Counted from the stretch's first letter, positions 8,154 through 19,619 are shown. The stretch: DNA of 32,000 nt from Saccharolobus solfataricus (GCF_900079115.1 NZ_LT549890.1:2910001-2942000); one strand, 5' to 3'. The notes: generated by a model from the sequence alone, not told the origin. Numbers and translations: made by a program.

Positions 8154-9377
8154 ATGAAGATTATAAGAGACCCAATCCACGGTTACATTGAGGTTGAGGA
8201 TTTTGTATTACAGATTATTTCAACTGAAATATTTCAGAGGTTAAGACATATTACACAAACCGGTTTAGCTTACTTAGTCTACCCCGGAATGAGGCATACC
8301 AGATTTGAACACAGTTTGGGAGTTATGCATTTAGCTAAAGAACTTACCAGATACATTAAGATAAATTCTGAGCAATATACTGATTTAGATTTCATTAATG
8401 AGGAATATTTGAAACTAGTAGGTTTGTCGGGATTACTTCACGATATAGGACATCTACCCTTTTCTCACACTTTTGAAAATGCCCTATCCTTAGCCAAAGA
8501 GGTTTATGGGATTGATGTGGAATATTATGGTAAGAAAACTCACGTTATATTTGGGAATAGAGTCATAGACTATTACTTGGGTAATTACCTAGATAAGCTG
8601 TCTAAGAATTACGATGTTGTGAACTTTGTGCAAAGAGTGATATCCTCTACTCCAAGGACTAAGGAGGAAAGCCTAGCCTCACTGATAATTTCAAGCCCCT
8701 TAGATGCGGATAGGGGAGATTACTTACTAAGGGACTCTTACTTCGCCGGAGTTGGATACGGAAACTTCGACATTGAGAGGATAAAGAGATCCCTAATTTA
8801 CGTTAATGGAAAGTTGGCAGTATTGAAAAAGGCCATCCCAGTGGTAGAGCAATTCCTCTTAGCTAGAATGTACATGTATGAGACCATATATTTTCATAGT
8901 GTAGTAGGGTTATATAACGCAGTCTTATCCCACGCAGTTGTTAAATTGATACAAAAAAATCTTATACCTAATGTTGCTCCTGAAAACTACTTAAAGCTGA
9001 ATGACGTTGTAATCATGTCTAAATTAAATGAGGCAGGAAGGGAATTCTTCGATGCGATAGTATATAGAAAGGGCTTTAAGAGATACAAGAAAGACCTAAC
9101 TGGTAACTGTTATGAAACATTGGAGAAGAAAAGAAAAGAGATCAATGAGATAATGAGGGAGAATAATGGATTAATATTATATCATGACTTTTATGATGTG
9201 CCGTATAGTGAGGATGAAATTTTTGTTTACGATGACGATGAACTAAAACCGCTAAGTACTGAGTCTAAAATTGTCTCATCCCTAACTATTATTAAAAAGG
9301 GTATCGTAGGATACCATGAGAGTGCAGAGGATAAAATGAAAAAAATTTATGAAATTTTACAAGAGTGTCCCCTTTGA
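8154..9377 (+). CDS. HD-domain phosphohydrolase, dGTPase/SAMHD1-like (COG1078-type)
   Basis: 407 aa with RFEHSLGV, LLHDIGHLPFSH and DADRGDYLLRDSYF motifs. This is the His...HD...D arrangement of dNTP triphosphohydrolase-like HD proteins. Confidence 0.8.
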   Translation: MKIIRDPIHGYIEVEDFVLQIISTEIFQRLRHITQTGLAYLVYPGMRHTRFEHSLGVMHLAKELTRYIKINSEQYTDLDFINEEYLKLVGLSGLLHDIGHLPFSHTFENALSLAKEVYGIDVEYYGKKTHVIFGNRVIDYYLGNYLDKLSKNYDVVNFVQRVISSTPRTKEESLASLIISSPLDADRGDYLLRDSYFAGVGYGNFDIERIKRSLIYVNGKLAVLKKAIPVVEQFLLARMYMYETIYFHSVVGLYNAVLSHAVVKLIQKNLIPNVAPENYLKLNDVVIMSKLNEAGREFFDAIVYRKGFKRYKKDLTGNCYETLEKKRKEINEIMRENNGLILYHDFYDVPYSEDEIFVYDDDELKPLSTESKIVSSLTIIKKGIVGYHESAEDKMKKIYEILQECPL

Positions 9378-9448
9378 GGATTAATCTCTCATGAGCGTTC
9401 ATGAAAGCGTATTTGTATGGAAATGATATTACTGTTCAAAAATAAATC

Positions 9449-11407
<1,959 letters not shown>

Positions 11408-11641
11408 TCATCATTATGTATAAAAGTACTTTACCCTATAACGCTCATAACGTTGTCCGATTTGACAAAAATTGGGAAAATTATCACCACTATAATATTT
11501 CATGTGATATGATGTGTACTAAATTCAATTGCAAGGAAAGATACATATAAAGCAATTTTAGATGATTTTAGTGTAGTTTAAAGCAGAAACAGAGTCCGTA
11601 GCTTAATGGTTATACTCTCAAATACATTCAATTGGTCAACT

Positions 11642-12043
11642 TTAATCTAAAGGAATTTTTATTGTTTCAACTTCTTTAGTCTTTTCTATGTCTTCGTCAG
11701 TTGTGATAACTTTCCCTTTGACTTCCTTTGCTGTAGCTATTAAAAACGCATCAGCTAGTGATAGATAAGAATATTTACTCTTCAATAAAGCGGCATTTTC
11801 AGTTATTCTTTCATTAGGAGATATTACTTTAATTGGAGAATTTCTAATATATCTATGCCTAGCTATCGCAACATCTTTCCCCTTCTTTAAAATATAAATA
11901 TAGAGGAGTTCAGCTAAATTTACCTCACTCATATAAATTATCGCATCGCCTGTATAAATTTCTTCAAAATACTTTTTAATTTCTTTTCTTCCGGCAAATA
12001 ATAAAGATAAAGGTCCTGCATCAAGAACGTATTTCTTTCTCAA
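11642..12043 (-). CDS. vapC: PIN-domain toxin VapC
   Basis: 133 aa. The first PIN acidic residue is in YVLDAGPL (D8), with later acidic residues in MSEVNLAELL and ITTDEDI. The only possible start upstream of D8 is TTG at 12043, which overlaps the vapB 3' end by 23 nt. Confidence 0.8.
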   Translation of the reverse strand: MRKKYVLDAGPLSLLFAGRKEIKKYFEEIYTGDAIIYMSEVNLAELLYIYILKKGKDVAIARHRYIRNSPIKVISPNERITENAALLKSKYSYLSLADAFLIATAKEVKGKVITTDEDIEKTKEVETIKIPLD

Positions 12044-12266
12044 CTTCTTTCCTCCTTTCCTTAATTATTTCCTTAGCAATTTCTAAAGCCTCGTCTCCGT
12101 CTATTCCAAAAAGATCCAAAAGCGTCAAAGGTTTCTCTATGCTTATCCTATCTCCATTAACAATTAATTCTATTATATCTCCCTCTTTTATTCCAAGCTT
12201 TTCCCTTATTTCTTTAGGAATAACTATTATTCCTTTTTTATAAACCTTTACTCTACGTCTTTCCAT
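12021..12266 (-). CDS. vapB: AbrB/SpoVT-type antitoxin VapB
   Basis: 81 aa. The swapped-hairpin motif is KVYKKGIIVIPKEIREKLGIKEGD. It lies immediately upstream of the PIN gene and overlaps it. Confidence 0.8.
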   Translation of the reverse strand: MERRRVKVYKKGIIVIPKEIREKLGIKEGDIIELIVNGDRISIEKPLTLLDLFGIDGDEALEIAKEIIKERRKEVEKEIRS

Positions 12267-12296
12267 AAATAGATGTTAAATTGTAAGTATAAATGT

Positions 12297-12315
12297 TTAA
12301 CTTAGCGCTAGTTAA
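12297..12315. promoter_or_regulatory. Near-perfect palindrome upstream of the vapB TATA; candidate VapB(C) operator
   Basis: The sequence is TTAAC-T-TAGCGCTA-GTTAA, flanked by direct GTTTAAC copies at 12295-12301 and 12318-12324. It lies 31-50 nt upstream of the vapB ATG (12266), just distal to a TTTATA element at about 12288-12293 on the minus strand. Confidence 0.4.
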
Positions 12316-12526
12316 AAGTTTAACCTATTCTTATCTTTTGGACCTTATAGTTTATGCGATTTAGTTTAAGAGTTATTAGTGTGAGAAAGGGCATCATCAT
12401 TTTCACCCCTCACAAAGGTGAACTACTCTTTACATGTAAAACCTATTATTATGATGGTAAAGTCGTTCGGATACATTAAAAGTCAATGAAATAAAGTTTA
12501 TAAAGTACTCAAAAAGATATATCTTA

Positions 12527-13990
12527 ATGTCCGACAATTACGATCTAAAATACGCTTATAAAGCACTGTTTATCTTAGCTCCAATAGCGATTGCAGTAAT
12601 GTACACTGAAGCAATGCTAATACCATCTTTGCCCACGATTGCGAACGACTTTAACGTTAATTCAGCAACTGTAAGTTGGATTTTAACCGCATATCTAGTT
12701 AGCGGAGTAATTTCAAATCCCATTGTAGGAAAACTAGGTGACATTTATGGAAAGAAACGTATATTAGTTTACGTAATGATAATCTACACAATTGCAGTTA
12801 CATTCAATGGATTCGCACCGAACTTTACATTGTTCATAATTTTCAGAACAATTCAGGGAATTGGATTAGGAATGTTTCCACTAGCGTTTAGCCTAATAAG
12901 GGAAGAATTTCCTCCACATTTAGTCCCTAGAGCCCAAGGTATTGTAAGCGCAATGTTCGGTATAGGCTCAGCAATAAGTTTGCCAATAGCGGCAACAGTG
13001 GCTCAAGATTTAGGATGGCAATATAATTACCACTTCATAATACCATTTGTAATATTACTAACTTACTTAACATCTAGGGAAATTAGAGAAAGCAAGTACA
13101 CTAATCCAAACACTAAAATCGATTACATAGGCGCTTTAATATTGGGACTCTCTTTAGCATTAATGACAATAGCACTTTCAGAGGCTCCTACTTGGGGTTG
13201 GTTATCCCTTAACTTTTTAACAACAGTGCTTATTGGAATATTCCTCTTCTTTGGATTTATACTATACGAAATTAGGGCCCCATTTCCATTAATTTCAATA
13301 AACTTGTTAAGGGAAAAGAACGTATTAGCTGCGAATATAGCCGCATTTGTAGCAGGGTTTGGAATCTTTATGGCGTATCAAGCAATAACTTATCTCCTTG
13401 AACTTCCGAATCCAGTAGGATTCAACCTAGATATTCTCACCACTGGACTGCTAATGTGGCCCGTATCATTAATGCAAATGATAGGAGCCCTATTATCCTC
13501 TAGACTTATACTGAGAACTGGTACTAAATTCATAGTAGTAATTTCATCCATCATTTTATCGTTCTTCTATTTCATTCTAGGTTTACTAGCAATAGGAGGA
13601 TCCTCAAATAATCTTGCTACGATAATAACACTTTCCTCCTTAGCTACGTTAGGAGCTGCAATGCTTAACGTTGTATTAATAAACATCCTAACCTTTTCAG
13701 TTGAAAGAAGAGTATTAGGAATTGCGACTGGAATGAATACGGTATTTAGACTCATCGGAGGAGCTTTTGGACCATCTATTGCTGGGTCTCTATTATCAAC
13801 TTACTATCAGTATTTAGTATATCCAATGATACTAAATGGTCAAGAAACGTTTTTACCAGTTCAACTTCCATCCGATTACGCATTCCAACTCACATTCTTT
13901 ATAGCATCAGTAGCCGGTTTAATGATGGTTATAATAGGAAGCATGACAAGGGATATAAAAATAAGAGGAACTATAGTATCACAAGAATAA
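12527..13990 (+). CDS. MFS transporter, DHA2/EmrB-like (14-TMS drug:H+ antiporter type)
   Basis: 487 aa with the GKLGDIYGKKR loop motif, an FRTIQGIGLG motif, and more than 12 hydrophobic segments. Confidence 0.75.
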   Translation: MSDNYDLKYAYKALFILAPIAIAVMYTEAMLIPSLPTIANDFNVNSATVSWILTAYLVSGVISNPIVGKLGDIYGKKRILVYVMIIYTIAVTFNGFAPNFTLFIIFRTIQGIGLGMFPLAFSLIREEFPPHLVPRAQGIVSAMFGIGSAISLPIAATVAQDLGWQYNYHFIIPFVILLTYLTSREIRESKYTNPNTKIDYIGALILGLSLALMTIALSEAPTWGWLSLNFLTTVLIGIFLFFGFILYEIRAPFPLISINLLREKNVLAANIAAFVAGFGIFMAYQAITYLLELPNPVGFNLDILTTGLLMWPVSLMQMIGALLSSRLILRTGTKFIVVISSIILSFFYFILGLLAIGGSSNNLATIITLSSLATLGAAMLNVVLINILTFSVERRVLGIATGMNTVFRLIGGAFGPSIAGSLLSTYYQYLVYPMILNGQETFLPVQLPSDYAFQLTFFIASVAGLMMVIIGSMTRDIKIRGTIVSQE

Positions 13991-14015
13991 TATATATAGT
14001 AGTAATCAGCTCTGC

Positions 14016-14027
14016 AAAAAGCTTTTT
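14016..14027. terminator. Palindromic A5-GC-T5 element between convergent genes; candidate bidirectional terminator
   Basis: AAAAAGCTTTTT lies between the MFS stop (13988-13990) and the stop of the LutB-like gene (14035-14037). It presents T5 on both strands. Confidence 0.45.
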
Positions 14028-14034
14028 CTCGTCA

Positions 14035-15189
14035 TCACTCCTTTGTCCCAGCCCTCATCATACTGAAGTACTTATTTTTCAAATATTCTAATACCTTAGG
14101 AATATTTATTTTCATTGGACATACCTCCCTACAGTTACCGGCATGAGAACAAAGTAAAGCTGGTTTATAATCGTTATATACTATACCACTCCACATTGCT
14201 CCCATTGGACCAGAATATGGAGGATCACCCCATTTACCATCTAAAACTCTGTAGACTGGACAATGGAAATGACACCTCCCACATCTTATACAGAGTAACG
14301 CTTCCCTCAACACCGGATCTTCATTAGCCTTTCTCCTACCATTATCAACCAAAATCAAGTGAAACTCCTTGGGACCATGAGCTGGAGAAACTCTCTTTTG
14401 CTCAACATCACCAGTCGATGAAGGACCAGATGTAACGTTTATGTAAGTTGGGGGATATAAACCAGCATAAGCTGCTTGAACTAAGGCTTCGTAAATTGCG
14501 TATTCTAAGTTTGGCAAAATCTTCTCCACACCAGTGATCGAAATGTGTACTGGAGGAACTACACTACTCATCCTTATATTTCCCTCATTCTCAACTAAAA
14601 CAATAGAACCAGCATCTGCAGCTACCGCATTAGCCCCAGTAATTCCTATATCAGCAGTTAAGAACTTCTGCCTCAAGAATTCCCTAGCGACTTTAACAAT
14701 ATCCTCATGCTTATCTCCAGGATCTACACCTAATTTCTCCTTTATCAGTTCTCTTATCCTCTCCCTAGTCATATGAACAGCTGGGGCAATTATGTGAGAA
14801 GGAGGCTCATCAGCGAATTGTATAAGCAGTTCACCTAAATCAGTCTCCCAAACCTCATTCCCTAAGGACTGCAAATATTTCCTAATCCCCGTCTCATATG
14901 CGACCATTGACTTACCCATAACAACCCTCTTACCATTACCGACGATTTTACCAACAATTTCCCTAGCTTGCTCAGCGTTTTCCACAAAATATGCCTTACC
15001 TCCAATCCTCTCCACAGATTTCATGGTCATCTCTATGTAATAATCTAAATTGCTAAGAACCTCCAATTTTCCCTCTCTAACCTTCCTAGCTAGATCTTCT
15101 AAATACGGGTGTTCCCTCAGTACCTTAAATACTCTAGGAACGTTATGCTCTACTCCCCTCTTTATCGCAATATCCCAATCATTCACCAC
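14035..15189 (-). CDS. LutB-like iron-sulfur protein (LUD/DUF162 domain plus 2x[4Fe-4S] ferredoxin motif)
   Basis: 384 aa. Cluster motifs are [14 protein letters not shown] and [12 protein letters not shown]. The N-terminal LUD-like region includes [16 protein letters not shown]. The start is GTG (15189 or 15186), overlapping the upstream gene. Confidence 0.7.
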   Translation of the reverse strand: MVNDWDIAIKRGVEHNVPRVFKVLREHPYLEDLARKVREGKLEVLSNLDYYIEMTMKSVERIGGKAYFVENAEQAREIVGKIVGNGKRVVMGKSMVAYETGIRKYLQSLGNEVWETDLGELLIQFADEPPSHIIAPAVHMTRERIRELIKEKLGVDPGDKHEDIVKVAREFLRQKFLTADIGITGANAVAADAGSIVLVENEGNIRMSSVVPPVHISITGVEKILPNLEYAIYEALVQAAYAGLYPPTYINVTSGPSSTGDVEQKRVSPAHGPKEFHLILVDNGRRKANEDPVLREALLCIRCGRCHFHCPVYRVLDGKWGDPPYSGPMGAMWSGIVYNDYKPALLCSHAGNCREVCPMKINIPKVLEYLKNKYFSMMRAGTKE

Positions 15190-16078
15190 TTATCACCTCT
15201 GCGAAATCGTAAGCCTCCACATAAGGAGAGAGATTAGCATAACAGAATGGACAAGCTAAGAGCACCTTATTGTGAACACTCTTTAATGCCTCAGCTCTAT
15301 TTCTAGCTATCTTATCACTGGTTTCCTTATTTATCGGGGCTAAAGGACCCCCACAACACATTGAGGTTTCCTTCCCAGTTATCATCTCATCCTCCTTCAA
15401 TACTATTCCACTACTCTTAATCACTTCCCTAATGGAATCCCTCATCCCTAGAAACCTCGAATAAAGACAAGAATCATGAAATACGAAAGTACCCTCACCC
15501 TTAACCTTAACGTTTTTAATAAGTTCGAAGTAGTTCACAATCTCCACATTCCACGATGGCGAGAGCATTTCCTTTATCCTAAAGAGCGTATAATGAGTGT
15601 GGGGGTCTACAGTAATTATCCTCTTAACGCCATGGGAGTCGAAAACTTCAACCAATTTCTTAGCGTATTCCTTAAATTCCTCCACCATGCCCATTTCAAG
15701 TAAGATTGTACCACTGTAGGGCTCATCCTCATATAAATAGCCGAAATCAACACTAGATTTTAGAACTGAAGCAATATTCCTCAAAATCTTATATGAACGT
15801 GTATCCTTAGGCTTGTAGAAGACCTTCAATATCGACGAAAATCTTTCTACACCCTTAAATTTGGATAATGCAGGCAAAATTTCGTCAAATCTCTTTCCCA
15901 ATTCAGCCAACTGATAGGAACAGCCAGTGTAGATTATCGTCTCCCCTCCTCTCCTTATATTTAAACCATTAGCCCATTCGTAACAAACACTCCTATTTAC
16001 CGGAAATGGAAGGTAATCCTCCATTAAATATTTCACTAGATTCTTTCTAATGAAATTGAGCTGATCTTCGTTTATCAT
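15179..16078 (-). CDS. LutA/GlcF/HdrD-like CCG-domain Fe-S oxidoreductase subunit
   Basis: 299 aa with two Cys-rich CCG-type regions (YTGCSY..., HDSCLY...SMCCGGP...CPFC). It appears translationally coupled to the LutB-like gene through an 8-11 nt overlap. Confidence 0.7.
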   Translation of the reverse strand: MINEDQLNFIRKNLVKYLMEDYLPFPVNRSVCYEWANGLNIRRGGETIIYTGCSYQLAELGKRFDEILPALSKFKGVERFSSILKVFYKPKDTRSYKILRNIASVLKSSVDFGYLYEDEPYSGTILLEMGMVEEFKEYAKKLVEVFDSHGVKRIITVDPHTHYTLFRIKEMLSPSWNVEIVNYFELIKNVKVKGEGTFVFHDSCLYSRFLGMRDSIREVIKSSGIVLKEDEMITGKETSMCCGGPLAPINKETSDKIARNRAEALKSVHNKVLLACPFCYANLSPYVEAYDFAEVISGE

Positions 16079-16142
16079 TAAATTGTATTATCAACTCCTC
16101 ATATAATAAGTTTTTATCCTAACGTGTGTAAGATTATATATA

Positions 16143-16772
16143 ATGATTGTTAAAAATTTCATTACTGGACCACTTGCAACAAACTCTTACCTAGTAATTG
16201 CGGGAAAGGAAGGGGTAATAATAGACGCTGGAGGAGATATGAGCGAACTAATACAAACAGTGAGAAAAGAGAAAATCAACATAAGGTATATAATAGCAAC
16301 GCATGGTCACTTTGACCACATCATGGGAGTGAACCAAATAAAGAGGGACTTCCCTTCATCAACTTTCCTAATTAACGAAAAGGACTTAGGATTACTAAAG
16401 AGGGCTAGTAGTATGGCACAGTCTTTCCTTAACCTATTAATTTCAGATGTGACTAAACCTGACGGTTTTGTAAAGGAAGGTGATGAAATAGAACTAGGAG
16501 GGGAAAAGTTGAAAATTATTGAAACTCCAGGTCATACCATGGGAAGTATCTGCATTATAGCAAATGGATACATATTCACCGGGGATACGTTATTTTACGG
16601 AACTGTTGGTAGGACTGACTTAGGTGGATCTGAAAAATTACTGAGAGAAAGTTTAGAAAAACTGAAGAAATTACCAGATGAGATAATAGTTTACCCAGGG
16701 CACGGTCCATTTACAGTATTAGGATATGAGAAAGTAAAGAATCCTTTCCTAACCATGGACATATTGCCATAA
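16143..16772 (+). CDS. MBL-fold metallo-hydrolase (glyoxalase II-like)
   Basis: 209 aa with THGHFDH (HxHxDH), a later TPGHT motif, and a GDTLF...GRTD region. Confidence 0.8.
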   Translation: MIVKNFITGPLATNSYLVIAGKEGVIIDAGGDMSELIQTVRKEKINIRYIIATHGHFDHIMGVNQIKRDFPSSTFLINEKDLGLLKRASSMAQSFLNLLISDVTKPDGFVKEGDEIELGGEKLKIIETPGHTMGSICIIANGYIFTGDTLFYGTVGRTDLGGSEKLLRESLEKLKKLPDEIIVYPGHGPFTVLGYEKVKNPFLTMDILP

Positions 16773-16773
16773 G

Positions 16774-16992
16774 TTAACCCAGCTTACTTTCCAACTTATT
16801 TTTCAAATCATCTAAAAACACACTTAACTTCCTAGCCACCTTTTTCTCCTGTATTGATTGAATCTTATCTGTTATTTCGTTCAAAAGTTCTTCTGCATCT
16901 TCACACTCATCACAATCCTCAGATGAACAATTAACACATTCGTCCACTAACTTTTCAGCCTTATCCAGTAGTTTTCTAACCTCACTTTCCAT
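16774..16992 (-). CDS. Small acidic hypothetical protein with a CxxC-x5-CxxC motif
   Basis: A 72-aa ORF with an ATG start. A helical-looking charged sequence surrounds CVNCSSEDCDEC. It is convergent with the MBL gene, with a 1-nt gap. Confidence 0.5.
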   Translation of the reverse strand: MESEVRKLLDKAEKLVDECVNCSSEDCDECEDAEELLNEITDKIQSIQEKKVARKLSVFLDDLKNKLESKLG

Positions 16993-17488
16993 ACCTCTAT
17001 ATATTATGAGGTGCTATATAACCATTTAGCAAGAAATGCCTTGTTAATGTGTTTTCCTAGTGAACTACAATCATACTCGTTTCTACTAATGTATGATTAT
17101 ACAATTTAGGAATGATTCAATTATTCATTGCGAACTCACTTTATTTTCAAAGTTTACTACGAATTTGACTTAATGAAAACTACTGACTAGCAGAAACACG
17201 TATTTACCAATATTAACATTTTTATATCTACATTATTCACAAATTACAATTGACAAAGGAGGGCTGAATCACCACCAATTTAGATTCTCGACTACCCTTG
17301 AATATTCTGGAGAACTCTATAAGCCAGTTTATCCCTACACTATCATTTCACTTATTTTATATCTATTCGTAATCAAGTGTAGGGACTTAGTCCTCAACCA
17401 CCCTTACTGGATCAGGAACTCCTTCGAGTCCAACGGCACAGGGCTCACATAAATGCTTAACCTCATCCAACCCTTTTTGGAATCGCCC

Positions 17489-17513
17489 ACGTCAGTATGG
17501 GAATCTCATTTTT
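17489..17513. repeat. Left terminal inverted repeat of the IS
   Basis: Exact reverse complement of 18912-18936. Confidence 0.9.
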
Positions 17514-17818
17514 CTGATATAAATGATAATATATGTAAGATTGAACCGTACCAGTTTTATTCAAATATAACTGCATATATTTTATGAAAATGACAGTTAA
17601 TAAGTCAGTTTTCAATAGCAGAATATAAATATTAGGAATTAATTTCACGTAGCTGGAAGGAGGTGCATAGGGTTAGCTGGAGTCTAGGGGAATGGCGTCT
17701 TCACTTCACGGAACGCGCGTCCTTGTTCCACTCTTACCTCCCTAGTGCTTTCAGAAAGTTTATAGCTTTAGACAAAGGATATACCACTAGATCATAGTCT
17801 AAGAACTTTTCCAAAATA

Positions 17819-18817
17819 CTACCGATCGAGGAGATTCGAGAGGGAGACCGAGAACTCCCACAACTTAACCTTCCTCCAAGAACGGATCAAGAACCAGACA
17901 TTCAAGAGAAGATAGGAAAGCAGAACGAGAACCAGTTCCTTCCTCACGTCACAAGTCCTAGTCCTGACCCTAAACTCCTCAAGAGAGCGAAAAGCATTCT
18001 CAATCCCCCACCTCTCCCTATACATCTCGGCAAGGACTATGGCATCATAAAGATCCATCTCCCTCCTCACGAGGAAGGCAATAATCTTGCCGTCTTCCTT
18101 CCTCAGAATAATGAGATAAGCTCCACTCCCATGTCTCACGCAGAGAAATCCAGTATATCTAACTCCGCCAAAACTCACATCCACATCCTGCAACATCCCC
18201 TTGTACTTCTTGTACATCTGGGCCTTGGCAGATATGACGAAGTCCAAGCCCAACTCCAAGAGGAACCTAATCACTTCGTTCACTGCGAACTCCCTGTCCG
18301 CGAAGACCATGACGAGCCTCAGCTTGTCCTCCTCCAACTCCTTCACGATTACCTCCATCACCGCCTTGAAACCTTCAGCTACGTTCTTCACGGTCACTGG
18401 GATCACGTCCAAGAAGCTCCTCGTCCTCCCCAGGAGGAAGATCGCAGCTTGAACCAGTCCCCACGACGTCCCCTTAGTTGGCTTTATCCTACTCAAGAAA
18501 CTCTTGTCAGCGTGGTATTGAGGTATGGCATGGAAGTCCACTGCTACCCTCCTGTCCCTGACTCCCCTTAACGTCATCCTCCCCATCTTCCTCAACGCAT
18601 CCCTCACGTCCTCAACTTGAACCGCGTTCAACTTTCTCAACGCTCTTCTCCCATCTTTTCCCAACCTGCTCAAGTAGCTCCCACTTGCCTTAAGCAAGGC
18701 ACTGAGGAGTTCCTCAGGGAAAAGTATTTTAGTGAGGACCGAGTAAATTATCTTGAGGGCGGACCTGGCGAAGTCCCGGTTGAACTTCGCCGGTTTAGTT
18801 GTATTCTCATGTTTCAT
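17819..18817 (-). CDS. DDE transposase (IS4/IS5-type, DDE_Tnp_1-like)
   Basis: 332 aa. It has VAVDFH, VFADREF and the C-terminal YRERWGIENAFRSLEE motif (Y-x2-R-x3-E signature). It lies between the IRs. Confidence 0.85.
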   Translation of the reverse strand: MKHENTTKPAKFNRDFARSALKIIYSVLTKILFPEELLSALLKASGSYLSRLGKDGRRALRKLNAVQVEDVRDALRKMGRMTLRGVRDRRVAVDFHAIPQYHADKSFLSRIKPTKGTSWGLVQAAIFLLGRTRSFLDVIPVTVKNVAEGFKAVMEVIVKELEEDKLRLVMVFADREFAVNEVIRFLLELGLDFVISAKAQMYKKYKGMLQDVDVSFGGVRYTGFLCVRHGSGAYLIILRKEDGKIIAFLVRREMDLYDAIVLAEMYRERWGIENAFRSLEEFRVRTRTCDVRKELVLVLLSYLLLNVWFLIRSWRKVKLWEFSVSLSNLLDR

Positions 18818-18911
18818 ATGTTCAAGTCCGCCCTCGTATATACAAACTTTTCTACAGAAATTCTCATCCTCTCAACTTTTTCTGTATTTCATTCATCTCG
18901 TTTTTTACGCA

Positions 18912-18936
18912 AAAAATGAGATTCCCATACTGACGT
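18912..18936. repeat. Right terminal inverted repeat of the IS
   Basis: Exact reverse complement of 17489-17513. Confidence 0.9.
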
Positions 18937-19133
18937 AGAATTAGAATTACTGAAAAATAATGAGAAAAATGAATATAAAAAGATCTATGTTAACATGAAA
19001 AGGATTCAGCCCCTAAGTGGCTAAAACTCTATATGCTACGCTTCTAACAAACCTAATCTGAGGAATTTTCACTGTGAAATCATCTTTCTCTCTCCCTTAA
19101 AATACTTAAAAGCTTAAATTAGTTCTTATAATT

Positions 19134-19619
19134 ATGAGCCAAGAAGAGAGTGGACCATTCTTTGAGGATTTCAAAGTTGGTCAAAAATTCAAAAGCAAAG
19201 TTGGGAGAACAATAACAGATGTTGATAATATTTGGTTTACACTTTTAACAAATAATTCTAACCAAATTCACTTTAACAAGGACTACACAGAAAAGTATTT
19301 TCCGGGTGAACCTTTTAACGGTAGGCTAGTTGTGAATGGCTTCCTAACCCTCACAATTGTAGCTGGACTATTAGTTGAGCAGACAAGCCAAAATGGGTTT
19401 ATGCTGGGAATAGAGAACGTTAAATTCCTCCACCCAGTATTTTCTGGTGACACAATTTACGCTGAGGCTGAGGTCATTAAGGTTAGGGAATCTAAGAGTA
19501 GACCAGGTTTCGGGATAGTCAAGATAAGATCGTATGGATATAACCAAAAAGGAGAGAAACTCATAGAGTTTGATAGAGTATTTATGGTGAGGAAAAGAGG
19601 TGCAAAGTGGTCTAGCTAG
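19134..19619 (+). CDS. MaoC-like (R)-specific enoyl-CoA hydratase/dehydratase, hotdog fold
   Basis: 161 aa. It has a TNNSNQIHFNKDY hydratase-type motif and a hotdog-like C-terminal half. Its stop overlaps the convergent downstream gene by 8 nt (CTAGCTAG). Confidence 0.7.
   Translation: MSQEESGPFFEDFKVGQKFKSKVGRTITDVDNIWFTLLTNNSNQIHFNKDYTEKYFPGEPFNGRLVVNGFLTLTIVAGLLVEQTSQNGFMLGIENVKFLHPVFSGDTIYAEAEVIKVRESKSRPGFGIVKIRSYGYNQKGEKLIEFDRVFMVRKRGAKWSS

Larger units (their letters stand above)
17489..18936 (-). mobile_element. Insertion sequence, 1448 bp, single DDE transposase (IS4/IS5 superfamily)
   Basis: It has perfect 25-bp terminal inverted repeats, ACGTCAGTATGGGAATCTCATTTTT, at 17489-17513 and as the reverse complement at 18912-18936. 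They enclose one transposase ORF. The coding part is about 50% GC against the mid-30s in flanking DNA (counted on sample lines). Confidence 0.9.

Noticed and set aside
11593-11616. tRNA-like string AGTCCGTAGCTTAATGGTTATACT (D-arm-like GTAGCTTAATGG) upstream of vapC; considered as a tRNA fragment or att remnant
   Set aside because: I could not fold an acceptor, anticodon or T arm around it. It is AT-rich, unlike Sulfolobus tRNAs, and no matching partner copy exists in the window.
17332-17385. 10-bp inverted repeat TCCCTACACT ... AGTGTAGGGA with a 34-nt loop, followed by the dyad GGACTTAGTCC, left of the IS
   Set aside because: It is real in the sequence, but it is isolated. I have no supporting context (promoter, terminator or second copy) with which to assign a function.
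17390-17488. A GC-richer stretch abutting the IS left end that reads on the minus strand as ...GRFQKGLDEVKHLCEPCAVGLEGVPDPVRVVED-stop; considered as the tail of a gene disrupted by the IS
   Set aside because: I rejoined the flanks under both excision models, with and without one ACGT copy. The upstream frame hits a stop within about 25-35 codons without any ATG, GTG or TTG, so no disrupted gene can be reconstructed.
17463-17648. Track ORF 17463..17648 (61 aa)
   Set aside because: It crosses the IS terminal inverted repeat boundary and runs through AT-rich non-coding IS sequence, so it is an artefact.
18131-18938. Track ORFs 18131..18571, 18201..18452, 18617..18919 and 18753..18938 on the plus strand of the IS
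   Set aside because: They are antisense to the transposase or cross its 5' UTR and IR. Long antisense ORFs are expected in locally GC-rich DNA, and none has motifs.
17261-19012. 10-bp inverted match GGGCTGAATC (17261-17270) / GATTCAGCCC (19003-19012) flanking the IS; considered as the ends of an older element (MITE) into which the IS inserted
   Set aside because: It is only 10 bp with no extension. Comparing about 500 bp on each side, a match of this length is not improbable by chance.
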